This document shows positions 1 through 12,321 of a stretch of DNA of 64,000 nt, one piece after another. The notes under the pieces were generated by a model, which saw only the letters and a program-made list of their open reading frames with translations, ran no database searches and was not told where the DNA came from. Origin of the DNA: Dimorphilus gyrociliatus (lineage: Eukaryota > Animalia > Annelida); contig CAJFCJ010000006.1 in assembly GCA_904063045.1 (NCBI GenBank), positions 1,912,946 to 1,976,945 of the forward strand, given 5' to 3'. The translations under genes and the position numbers were made by a program. Each line of letters starts with the position of its first letter. The stretch's first letter is position 1.

Positions 1-178
1 TTATTCATAAATCTGTTAAAAGATTGATTATATTCTAAAAACAAACTCTAAACCTACCAGTATATCATAGTGTAAGAATATATAGATTGTTACTACGACT
101 ACATGTGTATGAGGTTGGGCAATCCGTACTGACAGGTAGATGAGTGAATCTCTTTTGTAATGTTTACATAAACCCCAG

Positions 179-2520
179 AATGTCTATATTCATTCTATCA
201 TTACTGTACCTTACGGATTCCCATAGTTATGTAAATAACTCATTAATTAATAGAAAATAGAAATGCTCTTTATGGTCCTATATTTTAGATTTTTCTTATT
301 ACAATTATTCATTCAACGAACAGATGAGATGAGAGCGGCGGGAAATTATTGTTCCTGTGAAAAACCATGTACTTCGCCAGAACACGTTCCAACAACTTCT
401 TTTTCCGTTCTTCTAAACAAGGCTGTCGATTTAGAAACGAATAATGAACCTAGAAGTATTAACCTTCACAAAAAACTATCAAAAGCAAGAGAGATATCAT
501 ATAGGTCTTTCAATAAATTAAATATCTTTATTAGACCTTTCTACCTAACCCTTGTTCCCTTCTCGTAACATAGCAAGATGTATATACCCTTTTCCATGTC
601 TGTTTACATTTGTACTTAAACAGTATTACGGACAATTGTAGCTAACTATCTATCATTTGAGAACAGATTATTCGACGATAAATACGAAAGAACCCTAAAA
701 AAGTTCCATCGCCTGAAAAATTCGATTTCATCGACATTTAGATTCTTAACTGTGACCTATACAACCCTAGAACAAGTAAATTCTGACCTATCAACTACAC
801 TTGAGGCTATTAAAAAAGATGGCATGTGGTTGAGAGATTTAATCATTGCTGGCGAGAATGTTTTAGAGGAGGGCGCCTTAAAGATTATCGACGATTTAGA
901 AGATATTATCTCTTCCGCCTTAAATGAGCCATTTATAGAATTTAGAAAATTAATGAAAGAAACATTAGATCATTATAGTATTATTTACAATCGGTTCTGG
1001 GATCTTACTTGTTTCATAAACGGTACTTGTAAATCAATTGATTGGAGAGGAAATGTTACTTGTCCCACATTAGATTTTGGAAATGTCAGCTGCAATTGTC
1101 AAAATGATTACTATTGCTCCAGGAGAGAGAATGCCGCTTGGGTTAGAATTTCGTCCTTAATAGACTCGTCTAATAAATTATTTTATGAAAGAATCTTGGA
1201 ATTTAATGACAAATTCCAAAAATTACCGAATATTGATCGTCTATCCTGCATACAAATTAACTTGAACCTGTTAAAAGATACACTGGGTAGCGGTAGCGTA
1301 AACAATTGCAATAAGAATATAATGAAGAATTTAAAAGCCTATGTTAAAACTAAATTTAATTTAATTAGACCAAGGTTTAATAGTATCGAACATACTTTAA
1401 GGCATATGTTGATTCGATATGTTAAAGATATGAGAGTTTTGGATGACATCGTTCAAGATAAAAGACAATATTTTTCATTGGAAAAGTCAATTTCTAATAA
1501 TTTAAAATCAATTTTTGATCATTTAAACGATATTAGACAAGAAATATTAAGTAAAAGTTCTTTTATAAAAGCGGTCAGATATCATCTCTGGTTTACTCAA
1601 CTCAATGTCAATTTGAATCCACTTTATAAATCAATCAAAGAGCTTTTTGACAACACCCTAATAAGAATAGACAGCTGTAAGGTTGAAAAATTCAACCTAT
1701 TGAATCTAATTAGGAACGTTGAGAGGAATTACGTGAACGGAAGTACAAAATTAAAAGAGGTAAAGAATTTATTGCATTTTCAAAGACATCTTCAGCTGTT
1801 GACAATTTTTCAACAAATATTCGATTCTTTAATAATTAATACAAATCAAAGGATAAAAAACTTGGAAACCATGATTAATGAATTCTATTTTACATTTATG
1901 ACCGTTATTCCTATTGAAGATTTAAAGATTGCATCTGAATATTTTAAGCAAAAAAACCTTTTGCTACCGAAATATATTATAAAAGAATCCCCTCAGATGG
2001 CGCCAGGTGATAGTGCAGATCAATTTTGGAATGATATGAGAGATATATTTAATTCTATAAAGAATAATTGGCAAATCTTTCACACTAATCAAGATCAAGT
2101 AAGAGTAGAAGTGGAAAAATACTTTAATAATTTTAACGATGGAAATGATCTTACAGCTACATTTTTCAAGTTAATAAATTTATTTTCTTAGAATGTTATC
2201 TTATCTTCTCTGATTTTACAGCGAAAACTTTTTACAATTGGAATTATTCTACAAGGAACTCACCGAAAGAAAAGTTTCCCAAAAAAGGGCATACGAATCC
2301 ATGACATTGCTGAGTATGAGTCTATTAGTAAATGTAATCTAAAATAATATCTTCATCCCTACCTACTATAGGTGATCTTGGAGGACTAATGGGTTTACTA
2401 CTAGGAGCATCTGTACTAACTCTATTCGAGGTTATAGATTTATTCTTATATAACTCTATTGGAAAATGCTATACATCGTTTAAATCAAGAAGAGTTCAAG
2501 TTTGGGAAAATAAAGCTTGA
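179..2520 (+). CDS. DEG/ENaC (ASIC-like) ion channel subunit, 3' part; the gene begins upstream of the window
   Basis: Thumb end CSCEKPC...PTTSFS is in ORF 263-568. The long exon runs to 2169, intron 2170-2221, exon 2222-2313 (ENFLQLELFYKELTERKVSQKRAYESMTLL), intron 2314-2371, and exon 2372-2520 (DLGGLMGLLLGASVLTLFEVIDLF...KA*). These match ASIC ENILVLDIFFE..LNYETIEQKKAYE and the TM2 GDIGGQMGLFIGAS with the GAS filter. Junctions between about 230 and 670 are uncertain. Confidence 0.93.
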
Positions 2521-3302
2521 CAAGATTAGTTTCAATACAAGCATCAAAGATGGCACAATGAAAATGTATTTTAATTTTAACCCTAACCCCAACTTTAAAA
2601 TGATAAAGTATTCATTAAATATACATATATAACCCGTTTGATCGCTTTCGCGAAGTACTTTATAACCTTTAAGAACATATCCATTGACTAACTTATTTGC
2701 CTTGTTTACTGTAATAAATGGACAAACTCCAGTATATGTTTTGCCTCATGGAGTATTCTTTTCAGACTATTTGGTCGTAATTAAAGCTCAACAAAGCGTA
2801 TCATTAATTATTAACTTTGTTTTCTAAAGTTTTCATTTACCTTTTTGAAAGGTTGAACAAAAAACTCCAAACATTTTCTTACGTTATATAATAAATATAT
2901 CAATAAGAAAAGCTAAGACGGAAGTGTGTAAAAGGGACATAATCTTCAATTTCCCGTGTCAATTATATCACCTATACTTAATGAAAAATACATTTTACAC
3001 ACAAATATGTAAACACATAAAAAACAATGATTCATATAAAGGTATGTTTTGCCTTTTTTTTTTAGGTTTTCTCTCTGATTACTGATTTTTAAACATAGGT
3101 TAAATTAACTTTAAAATTTGAATAATCATAATAAATCAAATATTTTAGTTTTAAGATTTATCTTTTAGTATTGCCATCTGTATTACAATCTACCAGTTAA
3201 ACACATGGAAGGGAGTGGTGACTCACGCCTCTAACAATTACCAAATAAGGTGTTCACTTTACCTCAACTTAATCATCTTCTGTGCCATTGTCAGAAGAGA
3301 AA

Positions 3303-4753
3303 ATGCCACCTTCTGTTGACTGGGAAAATATTCCTTCGGAGATATTAGCTTATATCTTCCTGAAGCTTGATCAAAAATCAAGAGTTCAATGTTCCCTAGT
3401 TTGTAAAAACTGGAATGAAGTGTATTATGTACCAGATCTCTGGAGAAGGCTGCAACTAGTGTTCAAGAGTACTGATGGACAAAAAGAGGTGGAACACATT
3501 AAAAGATACGGTGCCCATTTTAAACATGTAGTCTTAGAAGTGGATCAAAGTAATAAGAGGCAAAGGGAGGCGGTTGATCAAGTTTTAAGAGCAATTGCTA
3601 GCTTCAAGGAAAAGAGCAAAATTGAATCACTAACAATTAAGTTTACTGGACAAAATCCCTGGCTTTACTCTGGAGATGAAATGTATAGGGCATTGATGCA
3701 TTTACTTGATGAATTAAAGGAAAGAAAACCCCCAAATGTTCTAAGGTAGTTTCATTTTCAGTATAAGACATTCCAAACTAAGATAAATTTGCAATTGTTA
3801 TTCAATATTGGAATATAATACTTTAGTATAATAATAAAAAAGAAGTTATAGAGATAAGTTTTATTTAAAAAAAAAAGAAACCAGGATTTCCTTATGACCC
3901 TGACCTTGGAAACTATTGGTATAGCTAAAACTAGCTTTAGTATTGAAAAGTTTAGCAGTGATGACTATACCTTTTTGCCTTAAAAATAGCAGCAGAGCAC
4001 TAATACAAATTAATTTTTACCCGCAGGTACTTTGATGTTAGTGGAATGCAGCTTGTTATGAAAGAAGATGTTTTACTTAAATTGGCTGAACATCCATATG
4101 TAGAAACCATCAACATTGCTACAGATACTCTGATGAGTTCATTAAAGGCTGAGCATTGTCTAAAGCCAGTACAGTACTGCAGAAGATTAACATGCTTTAA
4201 AGCCTTTGCCATCTCTATTGATGACGAAATTCTAAAAGAATTTTGTTCAGAAGGCAGAAAACCTTTAAAATTTTTATCATTAGTCTTCCAAGCTAATGAC
4301 AAGTTTAAAGTACCAATTACGGATGAAGTTTGGATTTCTGTCTTGAAAAAAAATCCTGAACTAAAAGTCGAATATCAATTTGATCATAATTGTTCAATAT
4401 CTATTATTACGTCTCATTTAACACCGAGTATTCCCATAAGCTCTGTTAAATTTATAACCTACACTCATTCGTATAACGAATTGAGCTATGCCACTACTCT
4501 ATATTTTCAGAGATTAGAGTATATAACTATTTGGACACCACCTTCGGATGATTTAAATTCAGCCATTGTTGAAGCTGCAGAGAAATGTCAGCTTTTGAAA
4601 TCGATAGATGTGAAATGCGAATTGAAAAGTGAGACTTTGAAGTTTTTGAAAGAATCTCGTCCGGACATAACATTTACTTACGAAGCTACAAGGGACGATT
4701 CAGTCGTTGGTCGAAGTACAAATCTTTTACCCCTGAATGCGCAACCGGTTTAG
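3303..4753 (+). CDS. F-box protein with LRR-like C-terminal region (FBXL-type), 2 exons
   Basis: F-box motif WENIPSEILAYIFLKLDQKSRVQCSLVCKNWNEV...LW. Exon 3303-3745, GT-AG intron 3746-4026 and exon 4027-4753 join in frame (VLR|YFDVSGMQLV). Confidence 0.85.
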
Positions 4754-7700
4754 ATTAATTAGAAAAAGAACCGAGAAAAATCAATGCTATCTACACTATA
4801 TGCATTGAAATATTGTATGATAAATCAAAATATATAGACTTTAATGAACCAATTAACCATTAAATGAACGTTAATTATTCGTTCTTATTTTTAAAATAGT
4901 ACATTCAAAGAATGATGCTGATCTCCAGACACTTTTCCAATTGATCCTATTAAAAAGAAACAAAGAATTCATAGTTTGAATAATAACTTATTTTCCATAT
5001 TAAGCAGATTCCTCTTTGAAAACAAATATTTTTCCGATTATACTTTAAGCCGAATAGAAATTAAGTATTGCATACGTGGCTTATAACTTCACGTGGACCT
5101 ATTGTTTACCTTAAAAACTAGAAAGTAATCTCTCCAACAAAGGAGTTGTAAATAGAAAGAAATATTAAATGTATTTCTTATACATTGCGTATAATTAAAA
5201 GATTATTATCTAACTAGTAGCTGAAAATTATTAATTTGCTCTAAAACTAACAAGGCTAGTTAATTGAATATGTATAACCTTTTTTCTTAATTATGTTTAT
5301 GTACTAGATAACTTTCTTTAGAACGAAGAATAAAGCTAGCGATTTTCTTTCTCCTGGTAGTTAAAATATTGAAAAACTTTTATAATTTACTAAATTTCCT
5401 CATTCTTTTCCTTTCTTACCTTTCTTTTATGTAAAATATTTAGATAATCAATTTTTTAAGTACAAGTTAATGAAAGAAATATTACCTTGCAATCTCTAAA
5501 ATGAAACAAAATAATCTATTTGAAAAAGGTACGAAAGTAATTAACATATAAAATGTCTGTCAATAAAGTCTCATCTTATAAATCCCTGCTTCGCCTATCA
5601 ATTTTTATACAAACAAAAATCAAGAGATAAATATATCTATAAGAACATTTGTGTAGTAAATGACTTTAGATGAAGTTTCACAATAGAAACAAAGGAATGT
5701 TCTGCTATAAACGATTTACAGATGTAAGCATTCAAGAATCCTATTCTTAATGAATGATACTCGAGAATTACTATCCTTCCGGCTTAAAGTATTTAATAGA
5801 AAAGCTTATACTAATAACTTACAGCTCTAACTAACTATGTGAAAATGGTAAATAGAGATGATAAATGATTGTATAATATGAAAACATTGCGACGACTAGT
5901 GAAGATATACAACAAGGGAAGAGTACTTTTGTTACTAGACCTAATAAAAAGAGAAGAAAGGAAGGAAAGGTTAAGCACAATGTCTTTTTGTTTTTTTGCT
6001 ATTTAAAAATAAGAAATGGGTAATTTCAAACAACAAAATGGTCGAAAATGCAAATGTTAAATATAAATATTCTATATAGAAGTTTTTATTGAAATAAATA
6101 AATAAATTCTCTGCTAGTAATCCCTTATTGTCCAGTGTTATGGTAAGATAACTTCAAAGTAATATATTTTCGGTTTTGGAAAACACTTCTGTGAACTACT
6201 TGGGTGCTTTAAGGCAAATATTTATGCCTGAGTATAATAACTCCACTTTAATAATACTGTATATATACAGTATATATATTATAAACACTGTGCAAGAAAA
6301 AGTTGACACTTTCTGTAAAAAGTGTAAAAGGAGAGATGAATTGAAAACTAAAATAATTAATAATTTTCTGAAATAAGATGAAAGATGTTTTAAGGAAAGG
6401 TAAGATAAAGAAAAAAGAGATTGGGAAGGGGAGAGGAATTGACAAGGAAGAATTGAGGGGTAAAGAGAAGGAGAAAGAGAGATACAACAATAATTAATAA
6501 CAAAAAGTAGAGAACTTTAACTTGCCAAGAAACGAGATAAAGTTTAAAGTATACTTTGTCAAAGAAATGTGCAATTGACCCTTATGGTATATTCTTTATA
6601 ATTATACTTGCAATGTTTATAGATAAACTTAAGATGGTTTAAAAAAATTGGGCATATCATATTATATCATAGAATACAACAGAGAATGATTATTATTAGC
6701 ATCTAACTATAATAATATTTATTTATAGAAGAAGACACATAATAATATATTACTAATATAATATACTAGAAGAGCGTCTAATGTAAAATTAGCGCCTTAA
6801 AGTAAATGTACATCAACGCTGTTTAATTTGATGATAGAGTGAGGTTTTACCTTTTTACTTTTATCTAATAAAAATATCAAAACTAAGTGGTTACTTTGAT
6901 TATACAGCTATAAAGATCATCAATTAAAAGTGTATATATTGTACTAATGTGTAAAGAATGAAAGATTATATTTTTGAAAATTTAGACGCTCCAATAAACA
7001 GTAGAATATTGATTTAGTAAATGAAAAGAGTCTAATGAAAGTAGCTAACCTTTGCTCAATTAGTAATCTTTTGTATATTTAAACAATATTACTAATTATT
7101 TGATATACAGTATATATATATATATGTATTTCTTATTACCATAAGAAAGCTTTATATATTTAGATCTAATCTTTTCATATATGTATATATTACTAATATT
7201 TGTAATATTAGTATATAAATTTTTATTGTATACATATACTATTCAATATTTAATAAAATATAAAATGCTTTCCAATTTATTAATCTTTTAAAACATCCAT
7301 ACAATAAAAAATAGGTAAATCTTCTTTATTAACCATACATTAGTCTAATTAAGTGCTAATACGTTCAATAAAGTTTATCATTCAAGAAAATGAATTATAA
7401 TAGATTTTCTTTTACTAATAAACATTAAAGTATTGTCTATTTCTTTTTCCTTTACAATATAAAAGGGGCTATTTTTTTATGCTTGAAAAAAACAAAACCA
7501 AGATAAAATAAGCTAAAAGACTAAATTAATAGGAATGATAGACTAATTAATTACGTTCGAGAAAACGACCAATATATTTAGAATGCTTTCAAATGTCGCT
7601 GAAATAGTAAATCTATTGTATAAATGTATCGTTGTGTAAGAAAAAAATTGAACGAAAGAATTATCTTAGACTGTGAATATGGATTTTATAATTAATTTTT

Positions 7701-8049
7701 TATGTGTTTGATGGGTTTCAAATTGATCTCTATAGAAATAAAGCCACTCGTACCCATCCTAAAAATAAGAATGCCAATATATTTTATTTCCAAAGACAAT
7801 TTAAAGATTTGCATATTTCTCTCTTTAAAACTTAATTATCTATATTAGTTTTACCGTATCACTTATTTCTTTTTTTAAACAAACTTGACAAAAAAAGGAA
7901 CACCATCGCAACAAAAACGTGTTTTATTAGGAAAAAACGTAAAAAGGGAAACACTGTAGGAGTTTGAGAAACTATTTATGCGCGCGAGAGAAAGAGAGAC
8001 GTCTACTACAACTCATATCGAAATAAGCCTCTTATGTGTGGGCTGTATA

Positions 8050-8073
8050 TATAAAACCATAGGCCTATATAAA
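8050..8073 (+). promoter_or_regulatory. Two TATA boxes upstream of the AstC precursor
   Basis: TATAAAA at 8050-8056 and TATATAAA at 8066-8073, 55-80 nt before the ATG at 8128. Confidence 0.6.
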
Positions 8074-8127
8074 GGCTCAAGCACGTCTTTGCGCGTCCAT
8101 TGCTTCAGCTTCAGCGATACCTGCACC

Positions 8128-10164
8128 ATGAAGTTTGAACTTGCTATTTTCATCGTCTCCTCCCTGCTCATTAACTGTCTGATTTCCGGAGAATCTCGAC
8201 TTGGAGAAGAAAACTACAAGGTAAATATAATTGTTCCTTCCGTTTCATTTTTGCGTAACACATGTAAACGCATATATTTATATATATATATATATATTAT
8301 GCGTTTCTTTTAGAGCGTTTCTTTCAGAGCTTTATTAAATTTTACAAAATTTTTATTCACAAGTTAGCTATCTTACAGATTAAAAGACAAACAAGAGATG
8401 ACAGTATTACATGAAATTATTTAGATATTCTAAAAGATTAGAAAAGCTTGGTAGACTTTGAAAAACAACAAATAAAACAACAAGCACTTAAAATGGGGAA
8501 AAGAAAAGTAAAAAGGCAGTTAGAAACATTATCTTACATAATCTTTTACTTTTAAAAAGAAAATTTGAAGAATTTAATTAATTGTTAAGAAAGGGAAAAG
8601 AACATAATGCAGGAGATTTAAGGATGTACTTTAAATAAATTTCGTTTAATTGATATACAAAAAATAAATACTACATATGTAGTATATATATTTATATATA
8701 TAGATATAGAATATCTATATTTGTCTAACAATGAAACTCCTTAATGTCAAGAATGTGAAATAATGCATAATCTTATTTTCCCCAAAGTTCGGTATATTTT
8801 CATCAGTGTGCGTAATTCTTTAAACCAACCTTATCCGTATAACTCTTAAGGGAAATGTGTAATTCCATCATGTACGCACTTTAAAACAAAATGAGAAAGT
8901 ATATTAGTTTGTAAAAAAAGAAAAGAAACTTCAACTAAACATGTTAAATACAAATTGTGATTATAGAGTTAATGTATTTGTTGCTACGTATGTTTAATCT
9001 CTAGAAAAATAGAAGTTAATATCTAATTAAAGATTAATCACTTATATTGACCAACTTTCTGACGTTATACGGAGTTCTTTAACATATAAGTAGATTACTT
9101 AGAAACATAGCCGATTATTCTATAATTTAAGTAATTATGATATAATGTATAAAACAAAAGTATTTTAAAGTTTTTTTTTTAAGTATTTAAAGTAGTTTTC
9201 TTTCAATTACTTAATCAAAGAACTATAAATATTACTTGTATTAATTTCTAGATAAACAAGTACTCTCAGATATGTATATTTATTAATACATACGTATATT
9301 GTTCTATTCTTAGTATTGTACATTTAGTTATAAGACGAAACATACACAACAAAGGCATTGGTTAGAATGAAAGAAAAGATGATCACACTCTTCATTTTAC
9401 TTTGTTAGAAATCATGTCTTTCTGAAATTTGATTAATCTAAATAATTAATTATTCGTCAACTGGATAACAAAATATAGTTGTTGAGTTAATATTTAAACT
9501 GAGATATAATCTGTTTTTATCTTTATTTTCTTTAGGAATAGGCCAAATTAATCTTTAATGTCTATTTTATTTATAAAAGAAATCTGTACTAACGAATAAA
9601 TATCGGAAACTGTACAGACTCTTTTCTCGTAGGTCACCTTCAGGTTGCTTAAACTTCAGGGTTATTTACGTTGAAATTTCAACCACTCCATTTGCAAATA
9701 AACATGTATTTAATCGACTATACTGCCCACACTAACTCTTGGTTCGATTAATAAAACATTACCAATTATTATGATATCGTATATCAATCAAACTGCGAGC
9801 GTTACTGATCGATCTTCTAATTTTACACTTATTCCTGTATATGGTATCATTATAAATTAAGCATTTATTGTTTTCGTTTTCATTTTTCTTCACATTAATT
9901 GTATTATTTATAACTTTTTTGTTTATATATAGTCCATACAAGAGGGTATTTATCAATTATTTTAACAACTTCTTACAGGTGGCCAGCTTGTTGCAGAAAG
10001 CCCTAAAAGCTGATTTGGAAAGGCAGTATATGCACGCTCTGGATCTGGAAAGATCTCTCAATACCCATTTGGATCGTCTTCGCGAACACAAAAGACAATT
10101 AGAAGTTCGAAAGAGAAATCCTATTCAGTGTCTAGTGAACATTGTCTCCTGCTGGAAGAAGTAA
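8128..10164 (+). CDS. AstC: Allatostatin-C (somatostatin-like) neuropeptide precursor, 92 aa, 2 exons
   Basis: Exon 8128-8220 encodes a signal peptide (MKFELAIFIVSSLLINCLISG) and ends at a phase-0 donor gtaaat. Exon 9979-10164 follows acceptor cttacag and reads VASLLQKALK...QLEV-RKR-NPIQCLVNIVSCW-KK*. The mature peptide has a C-X6-C ring with one residue after the second Cys, as in the AstC family. Confidence 0.92.
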
Positions 10165-10340
10165 TCTGTAAAAGTAACATTGTAAGAGAAAATTCAAGTG
10201 TTGTATGAATTCTATTTAATTTACATGACATTACATGTATTTAAAATAATTAAATTCAAAGAGCATATTTAAATGTGGAAATTAACTATCATATATATTT
10301 CTATTAACATATACATCATTACTCTCAATTTCTTACAATA

Positions 10341-10368
10341 TATATATATATACAGTATATATATATAT
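10341..10368. mobile_element. Candidate Tc1-type excision footprint (TA-CAG-TA) inside a (TA)n tract; exemplar of a dispersed set
   Basis: tatatatatatacagtatatatatata. The other copies are listed under findings. No transposase or terminal inverted repeat remains. Confidence 0.4.
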
Positions 10369-12321
10369 AAACGGGTACGTTTATAAATTCACTTAAAGTA
10401 GCAACCAGTATGTTAATTAAGCGGGTTATATAAACAAAATAGACCACTAATATGTAATTAGGTAGCGTTAATCGTGACAAGACCATTCAATAGCATGATG
10501 TAAAATGTGTACTCTTACAACTCAATAGTAGGAAGAAATATCAAACTTCATAGTCTTTTCTTTCCACTTTTATGAACATATGAATACCAGAGTATATAAG
10601 ATAATAGACAGAACAAACGCATTTCCTTACATATTCACTCTATATATCTTTAAACAGAAAAATCTGCTAATATTAGTACAACTTTTATTCAAAACTTAAT
10701 ACATTTAACAACATTTATAAGCCCTCATTTCTCATTTATCTTTCTTGTAGTTTCCCTTAATTGATTTGAATTGTAGAGAAAAGACGCGTTATATTCTTCT
10801 CTCTCTCTCTCTCTCTCTCTTTCCCTACTTTTACATGTAGCAATATCTATATAAACATATAAACTGTATACTGTATTTACTAATAAATATATATCGTTAT
10901 TACTTTTAACTATAAATACAATGGTCGCAATACAAAGGAAAAATAGTGATTCAATACAGTTTGTATTTCCTAAAGGGAGACTTATTTCGGAAAGTTCATA
11001 GGATATTCCTTTTTAAACAGAGCTTTAAAGTATTACTATATTACTTAGAAAATAGTGCAAGACAAGCTAAAAAGAAATTATGTAGTATACATAAAAAAAT
11101 TACGTCTTGCGTACAATTTATAAACTTGTAAAGAAATTATCAAAAACCTAAGTCTTAGAATTAACATCTACTTTAAAAAATGTTTCCTGACTCTAAGAAA
11201 GGAATTTTTTATATTAGAAATAGTTATTTCCCTAGGCAGCCGGTGAAAATTATCGAGTAAGCAAAAACATTTCTTTGATTACACACCCTACATTTACGTT
11301 ATTTATATCCGTTCTCTCAATTTTTAGATCTTTTTTCATTTCATTACTATTCAAGAAAGTAATGATTAATTATTTATAGGTGTTTATATATTCATTCCAT
11401 TGTTTTTCTTTCTTTCTTATTCTCCTACACTATCTTCGGCTTTCTCTATTTTACCTTTCATATTTCTATAAATAGGACAATGAATAAATTAACCTAGAAA
11501 TTGATGAGTAATTTAAAATAATTAAATACTTATTTTACTTAATAAATAATAATTATCTGCATTTATCCATATTATACAATTTTCCAAATACTCTCTAAGA
11601 TTAATGACATAAGACAAAAGAAAGACTAATCAATCGTATAATTTCAATTATTCCCTTTCAACCTCTGAAGAAAAGTCAAATTTCTTCAGCTATTAACCGT
11701 TAGATGGCATTATTGTATAAGTTGAAAGCGATTTACACTCGGCTTTAAAAGAATATGTTAGAAGTTTATTGGAAGCCATAAATATTATTAAAGTCATCGA
11801 GTTATTTAACGGTAAAAACTAATCAATACAAGCTGCCACGTTGTCAGATTTGTTAAAGAGCTAAAAGTAAATGTAGGCATCCATAAACATAGTAATGTAG
11901 TCTTTTTGAGGAGATGAATGAAAAATGAACGCCAATTGTGAATGAATATTTATATAATTTTGATGAAGAAACATACAAATGTACCTCATTGATAAAATTC
12001 ACTCTCAAAATGAAATAAACAATTCTCGTTACAATATTAAAAAATATTGTTCACAGATTTCAAGATAGTCAACAGAAAAGAATAAAATCACCATTGCTAA
12101 ATTAGAAATATACATTATCTATTGTCAGACACTTGAATAAAAATATAGGAGATATTCATCAAGTGAATAACGAAAAAGTAGTTATTACGGTTAAGCAAAT
12201 AACAAAAATATTTTAAATTTACTTATTAATAAATTAGTATATTTTTTTTTGTATTTAATAAACTTTCAACTAAATACAATCTTGCTCTCTCTTCGTTTTA
12301 AAGTACTGTACCACTGCTCGT

